In this document: piece by piece, positions 36,476 through 41,561 of the stretch
Numbering within the stretch: the first letter of the stretch is position 1
Layout of the letters: each line of letters starts with the position of its first letter
The notes under the pieces: generated by a model
What the model was told of the DNA's origin: nothing
Databases searched by the model: none
Seen by the model: only the letters and a program-made list of their open reading frames with translations
Assembly: GCA_048938895.1 (NCBI GenBank)
Contig: JBHLLU010000014.1
Coordinates: 45,390 to 86,950 of the forward strand
From: Promethearchaeota archaeon
GTDB taxonomy: Archaea > Asgardarchaeota > Lokiarchaeia > Sigyniarchaeales > SOKP01
DNA length: 41,561 nt
Reading direction: 5' to 3'
Translations under genes and position numbers: made by a program

Positions 36476-36868
36476 ATGTCAAAAGAAGATGAAATGTTAG
36501 AAGAATTAAAAAAAATTAGAGAAGTTCTCAGTCCTCCTCCACCACCACCGAAACCAAAAAATTTACTTCAAGAATTCAAAGAATTTATAAAACAATATAA
36601 AGTAATGGGCCTTGCTGTCGCATTTATCATGGCTCTTTACCTTGGTCGACTTGTCTCTGCCGTAGTACAAGCATTTATTTCACCAATTCTAAACAATCTA
36701 TTCTTGGTAATTGGTTTTTTAAAAGATTCGACAGTTAATGCAGACCCAGCATCATATCCATTATCGTTTAACACCACTTTATTCATTAGTGAATTAATCA
36801 CCTTTATAATTGTAGCGTTTGTTATCTTCCTCTTAGTAAAGTTGACTAAACGAATTGGGATTGAATAA
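36476..36868 (+). CDS. mscL: MscL-family mechanosensitive channel with N-terminal helix and poly-Pro linker
   Basis: EFKEFI..YKVMGLAVAFIM, LV..VV...ISP, FISELITFIIVAFVIFLLVK. Confidence 0.8.
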   Translation: MSKEDEMLEELKKIREVLSPPPPPPKPKNLLQEFKEFIKQYKVMGLAVAFIMALYLGRLVSAVVQAFISPILNNLFLVIGFLKDSTVNADPASYPLSFNTTLFISELITFIIVAFVIFLLVKLTKRIGIE

Positions 36869-36906
36869 TTAAAATTTCAATAAACAAACATTTTTTTTTT
36901 CTGATT

Positions 36907-38082
36907 TTATTCACATTGCCCTAGAATAGTAACTGAACATACCGCATAAGCTCCGCCAAGATTATGAGCTAAGCCAATTTTTGCCTTAGGAACTTGTCTT
37001 CCTTCAGCTCTTCCTTGAAGCTGTTTAGTGACTTCCTGTACCATTCTACATCCTGTACTTCCAATTGGGTGTCCAAAAGATTTGAGACCCCCACTCGGAT
37101 TTATTGCTGTTTCTCCATCCCAATTAAAGGTACCATTCTTCAATTCTTCGGCTGCTTTTCCTTGATCACAAAATTGAAGGTCTTGGCAATTTAGTAATTC
37201 AGTTATAGTAAAACAATCATGGACTTCTGCCAAATCTATTTCTTTTCTAGGATTTGTAATTTCTGCCTCTTTATAAGCCATTTTTGCAGCATCAACTGTA
37301 GCGGGAGCAGATATAAACTTAAAATCCGTATCATACCAAGGATAAGCAGTATGTACAGAGAGAGAATTCGATTTAACCAATACGTAATCATCAGAATGGG
37401 CATAAGATTCTGCTAATTCAGGACGAGTTAAGATTAAAGCCGCTGAACCGTCGCTCATAGCACAACAATCAAATCTTCCTAAAGGATCTGCAATCATTGG
37501 AGCGTGTAAAGCTTGTTCTAAAGAAATTTTCATTTTAAAATGAGCTTTTGGGTGGTAAAATCCGTTTTCATGGTTTTTAACAGCTACACGAGCTAAATCC
37601 TCTTTTGTCCAACCATATTCATGGAAACTTCTTGTAGCAAGAAAGCAAAACATTGCTGGTGCTGAAGGTCTTGGTAAGACAGGGTGACCCATAACAGTCG
37701 TGCCTGGTAGACCTCTTCCTCCCTCATCCATTAACTTTTCCACTCCACATGCCATTACAACATCATATGCACCAGAAGCAACACCAAAACATGCATTACG
37801 GAAAGCATCCATTCCTGAGGCGCAATAATTTTCACATCTTGTAACTGGTTTACCACCTAATCTTAGTGAATCTTCTAAAGTGGTGCCAGAAACCCCAGTA
37901 AAAAAATAATAAACCCCAAGCCATGCTGCATCGACTTCCTCTTTTGTAATACCTGCATCTCTCATCGCACCCTGAGTTGATTCAAAAAGTAAATCTTCTT
38001 TACTTTTATTCCATAATTCCCCATACTTAGTCGCTTCACATCCAATTACTGCTACTTTATCTTTAATACCATGAGTAACCAT
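36907..38082 (-). CDS. SCP-x-type thiolase (acetyl-CoA acetyltransferase family)
   Basis: ENYCASG, VKNH, EVHDCF, GHPIG, HNLGG. ATG 38082 chosen; the track uses TTG 38091. Confidence 0.9.
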   Translation of the reverse strand: MVTHGIKDKVAVIGCEATKYGELWNKSKEDLLFESTQGAMRDAGITKEEVDAAWLGVYYFFTGVSGTTLEDSLRLGGKPVTRCENYCASGMDAFRNACFGVASGAYDVVMACGVEKLMDEGGRGLPGTTVMGHPVLPRPSAPAMFCFLATRSFHEYGWTKEDLARVAVKNHENGFYHPKAHFKMKISLEQALHAPMIADPLGRFDCCAMSDGSAALILTRPELAESYAHSDDYVLVKSNSLSVHTAYPWYDTDFKFISAPATVDAAKMAYKEAEITNPRKEIDLAEVHDCFTITELLNCQDLQFCDQGKAAEELKNGTFNWDGETAINPSGGLKSFGHPIGSTGCRMVQEVTKQLQGRAEGRQVPKAKIGLAHNLGGAYAVCSVTILGQCE

Positions 38083-38202
38083 AATGTCCAACTCATTTTT
38101 AGACTGTTAAATATTATATTATTATTGTTAACTGAATTACAATGAAGAAGATGAATTTACTTTTAAGATTTCTGATATATATCCTTAGTAAAGAGAATTT
38201 GC

Positions 38203-39858
38203 TTAATTCCGAATTTCTTGAAACCTACTTAATACCCAGTTTTTATCTAAAGCAGCGATAAAGGGTGCAAACCTGGGTCCTCTTTCAGTTCCAAGAAATA
38301 ATTGATATAACATTTCAAAGAACTCATTCATTTCCTTACGTGATATTCCAGATTTTTCTCTTAGGATTATCATTTTCTGTTTGATTTCATCTTCTGTCCA
38401 TTTTATTCCTTCAAGTTCTTGTCCCAGTTCCATTACCGCATTTCGAATCTTTTCACTGAATTTATTCAAAATATCTGAGGGGATTTTTTCAACTAATTTT
38501 ATCTTAAGATGTTCTGGACAGTATTCTGAATTTATCCAATTCCTAGCTTTAATTAACCTTTCTTGAATATGGTCAAAAATTGTATTAGTAGGTTTAGAAT
38601 TCAATATTTCTGTATCTAGCAATTTTTGAATTGCTTGTTCAGTACCTTCCTTATCAGGCGATACTAATTGACTTAAGATGATTGCTGTCTGATAATCAAG
38701 CTGAAATCCTCTGTATTCAGGAACTTTATTATAGAATATAATTTCATAACTTCTTCGAATTGCATGAAGTTCGGATGAATCGGAAAACGAATCAACACCG
38801 TAGTAAATTCTTTGAGCTTTATCATATTCTGAAATATAGCTTGGCATTTTATCTAGTCCCAGAATGATTCGTCTTTTCGGAGGGGTTTTAAGATACATAT
38901 ATTTCAGAACTTCTGGTTCAGCATATTTCAACCACTTAGTTGGTGTGAATCCTATAAATCCTGAACTTGTCATATCACCAAAATCTTTCTTACCTTCAGA
39001 ATAACCGACCCACTCATTCCAAAATCCATATGGACCTTTATGGTTTAATACAGATTCTATTACTTCAATACAACTGTCTCGAGATCCTCCTGGGGTAGCA
39101 TGATCTTTTCCATACGGTTCAAAATGTACATTTAGAATATACCATATAGATAACCATTCAAGGCGCCAAGTAAGTTTAGCTTTACTAATATCAGACCATC
39201 CATCATTCTCACATTCGGAACAATAGTAATGGACGATATATTTATTTATATCAACTTCTAAGGCTTTGGTTGTACCAATCCGATTGCATTGTTCACATAA
39301 TGGATTAATAGGAATCCAATCTTCCGGAAAAGGATTTTCTGCTCTATATTTATTTAAAATATCTCTAATCTCTTCCTTTTTATTAATGAGTTCGATTACT
39401 AAATTTTTCATTCTTTCTTGTTGGTATAGCTCATGAGTTTTAATGATCTGGATATCTTTTCCAAACTTTGGCATTGGTACTCCAAAATCCTTCCAGAAAT
39501 AATCAACCCAGGATTTATAATTAGCGTTTGGAGAGGGTACATCGATTAACCGCCAGTTAATATATTGCTTCGCTTTTTTAGGATTTTTAAATACATTTAC
39601 TTGACCAGATCTCCCCTTCCATGGATCTGAAGTATATAGGATTAAATGATGAATTGCTTTATATCCCCGATTTTGAAGTTCATTTACAACGGAATTTGTA
39701 AGTACAATCTCCCCCCTTAAACGTCCAACATGTTGCTGACCTGATACGGATATACCACAATTACAATTAAATTCTTTTAGATCCTCCCAGCTTTCTATTA
39801 AATCATCTGTTAATTTATCAATCCAATGTTGCGGTTGCTTAGTTGATTCAACTGTCAT
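38203..39858 (-). CDS. lysS: Lysine--tRNA ligase, class I
   Basis: HWID, GISVSG..HVG, KLTWRLEW, EPYGKDH, GPRF..F. Confidence 0.92.
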   Translation of the reverse strand: MTVESTKQPQHWIDKLTDDLIESWEDLKEFNCNCGISVSGQQHVGRLRGEIVLTNSVVNELQNRGYKAIHHLILYTSDPWKGRSGQVNVFKNPKKAKQYINWRLIDVPSPNANYKSWVDYFWKDFGVPMPKFGKDIQIIKTHELYQQERMKNLVIELINKKEEIRDILNKYRAENPFPEDWIPINPLCEQCNRIGTTKALEVDINKYIVHYYCSECENDGWSDISKAKLTWRLEWLSIWYILNVHFEPYGKDHATPGGSRDSCIEVIESVLNHKGPYGFWNEWVGYSEGKKDFGDMTSSGFIGFTPTKWLKYAEPEVLKYMYLKTPPKRRIILGLDKMPSYISEYDKAQRIYYGVDSFSDSSELHAIRRSYEIIFYNKVPEYRGFQLDYQTAIILSQLVSPDKEGTEQAIQKLLDTEILNSKPTNTIFDHIQERLIKARNWINSEYCPEHLKIKLVEKIPSDILNKFSEKIRNAVMELGQELEGIKWTEDEIKQKMIILREKSGISRKEMNEFFEMLYQLFLGTERGPRFAPFIAALDKNWVLSRFQEIRN

Positions 39859-39930
39859 TTTTGATTTTCACTTCAATGAAACTTAATATTAATAAAAAAG
39901 AAGTATAAAAGAAAAAATTTATGTAAACTT

Positions 39931-41118
39931 CTAATCTCGTTGGCCTAAAATTGTAACTGAAGCAACACTGAACGCACCGCCCAAGTTATGACATAATCCC
40001 AATTTGGCATCAGGGACTTGTCTCCCTTCAGCACGTCCTTGTAATTGTTTCGTAATTTCTTGAAGCATTCTACATCCCGTCGAGCCAATTGGATGTCCAA
40101 ATGATTTTAACCCACCACTAGGATTAACAGCGGTTTCACCGTCCCAGTTAAAGGTTCCATTTTTCAATTCTTCTGCAGCCATACCACGATCACAGAATTG
40201 TAGATCTTGGTCATTGATAAGTTCTGTTATAGTAAAACAGTCATGAACTTCAGCTGCATCAATTTCTTTTCTCGGATTTGTAATTCCAGCCTCTCTATAG
40301 GCCATTTCAGCTGCCTTGACTGTAGATGGAAAGCTTGTAAAGTCTGCTCCAGGTCCATTTGGGGGCACATACCATGGAAAATTTGTTCTTGTTGAAATTT
40401 GATTCGATTTTACAACAATATAATCATCAGCATGAGCATAACTTTCTGCTAATTCAGGACGAGTTAAAATTAATGACGCTGCACCATCTGACATTGCGCA
40501 ACAATCAAAACGTCCTAAAGGATCAGCGATCATTGGTGCTTTCATGGCTTGTTCAATGGAAATTTTACTTCTGAAGTGTGCTTTCGGATGATATGAGCCA
40601 TTATCATGATTTTTCACTGCTACTCTCGCAATATCTTCTTTTGTCCATCCAAATTCATGAAAACATCTAGTTGCAGCCATCGAAAACATCGCTGGAGCAG
40701 AGGGTAATGGTAGAACAGGATGCCCAAAAATTTTAAATCCAGGTAATCCACTTGAACCCTCATCCATAAGCTTCTCGACACCACATGCGAGAACCACATC
40801 ATATGCACCGCTAACAACACCAAAACAAGCATTTCGAAATGCATCCATTCCAGAAGCACAATAATTTTCAGTACGAGTTATGGGAATACCGTCAAGTCTT
40901 AAAATATCTTCTATAGTAGCACCAGACATACCAGTAAAGTAATAATAGATCCCCGCCCATGCGGCTTCGATTTCTTCTTTCTTAATACCAGCATCTTTCA
41001 TCGCGCCTTGAGTTGCTTCAAATAGTATGTCTTCTCTTCCCTTATCCCAGAGCTCTCCATATTTAGTCGCATCACAACCAATAATTGCGACCTTATCTTT
41101 AATGCCTTTTACTGTCAA
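39931..41118 (-). CDS. SCP-x-type thiolase, close paralogue of 36907-38082
   Basis: Same motifs; GGAGGTGA RBS favours TTG 41118 over GTG 41127. Confidence 0.9.
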   Translation of the reverse strand: MTVKGIKDKVAIIGCDATKYGELWDKGREDILFEATQGAMKDAGIKKEEIEAAWAGIYYYFTGMSGATIEDILRLDGIPITRTENYCASGMDAFRNACFGVVSGAYDVVLACGVEKLMDEGSSGLPGFKIFGHPVLPLPSAPAMFSMAATRCFHEFGWTKEDIARVAVKNHDNGSYHPKAHFRSKISIEQAMKAPMIADPLGRFDCCAMSDGAASLILTRPELAESYAHADDYIVVKSNQISTRTNFPWYVPPNGPGADFTSFPSTVKAAEMAYREAGITNPRKEIDAAEVHDCFTITELINDQDLQFCDRGMAAEELKNGTFNWDGETAVNPSGGLKSFGHPIGSTGCRMLQEITKQLQGRAEGRQVPDAKLGLCHNLGGAFSVASVTILGQRD

Positions 41119-41132
41119 TTTTTTCACCTCCT

Positions 41133-41561
41133 CTAAAATCTCCCTCTTACTGGTCTACATTTCCAATAGTAGTTCATAAAGTCTCCTCCTTCATGTTCTT
41201 TTCTGAAGGTTAATTCCACTTCCATTCCGATTTTTACATTTTCCTCTGGATTCTCGATTTCAGTCATGTTTAGTAGAATTCTTCCGCCATCATCAAGATC
41301 TATTACACAACGTGGAATTGGGGTATCCATATAAGTTCCTCCGACTAAATGATCAAGTGTATATGTAAATATTGTTCCCTTCAGTGTTAATTTGACGAGT
41401 TCCATTTGATCATCGGCTCTACAGACAATACAAGAACGGAATGTACTTGGATATTGAACGGTCCCACAATTCTTACATTTATTGCCATACATTTTGTAAA
41501 CTGAAGGAGTATCACGCCACATAGTCACAGCTGAACTTTTTCTTACATATCTATCTTTTTC
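41133..41561 (-). CDS. Zn-ribbon + OB-fold (DUF35) domain, 5'-partial; likely C-terminus of a longer thiolase-associated protein
   Basis: CKNCG..QYP....CIVC, GTIFTYT, IGMEVELTFRK; frame is open to the window edge. Confidence 0.8.
   Translation of the reverse strand, partial: EKDRYVRKSSAVTMWRDTPSVYKMYGNKCKNCGTVQYPSTFRSCIVCRADDQMELVKLTLKGTIFTYTLDHLVGGTYMDTPIPRCVIDLDDGGRILLNMTEIENPEENVKIGMEVELTFRKEHEGGDFMNYYWKCRPVRGRF

Noticed and set aside
1732-40859. Antisense or off-frame ORFs in the track (e.g. 1732-2088, 2531-3022, 11897-12286, 23429-23878, 26441-26788, 34092-34310)
   Set aside because: They shadow well-supported genes and have no recognisable motifs.

Overview
Very AT-rich archaeal chromosomal window, most likely Asgard (Lokiarchaeia). 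This assignment is inferred from class I LysRS, GGAGG/GGTGA ribosome-binding sites, a Sec-type HdrA with a 3'-UTR SECIS-like element, and SCP-x thiolases with an OB-fold partner. (1) 0.3-10.2 kb, redox/C1 locus: a minus-strand operon encodes an unusual wHTH-HdrA-MvhD fusion plus Cys-type [NiFe]-hydrogenase small and large subunits; the large subunit has no C-terminal extension. It is divergent from one 678-aa HdrA that the ORF track splits at two in-frame UGA (Sec) codons. Next come a TraB-like paralogue pair, the second fused to an NAD(P)-type methylene-H4MPT dehydrogenase. hdrA and this pair share a collinear ~80-bp promoter with a TTGACAA-N6-TTGTCAA palindrome. (2) 10.5-17.2 kb: glutamate dehydrogenase, a REC-Lrp/AsnC regulator, a membrane histidine kinase, an Rcp1-like receiver and TauE. 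(3) 17.3-27.3 kb: metal/Fe-S cluster island (four NifB/NifX-like proteins, radical SAM, ferredoxin, FeoA, DUF5320, DtxR, IscU, Mrp, two Fe-S P-loop ATPases, DUF134, OsmC) with six TGAAT-N4-ATTCA palindromes. (4) 27.8-32.8 kb: hypotheticals, QueG-like Fe-S protein, VWA, enoyl-CoA hydratase, MoxR. (5) 33.0-36.3 kb: candidate new RiPP-like system: a splicease-like radical SAM/SPASM enzyme, three paralogous membrane-anchored peptides with a conserved YxSGxxYS core, and a methyltransferase-TPR protein. (6) 36.5-41.6 kb: permuted MscL, two thiolases flanking lysS, and a partial OB-fold gene. No rRNA, tRNA, CRISPR array or transposase was seen. All family assignments come from motif recognition by eye, not database searches.
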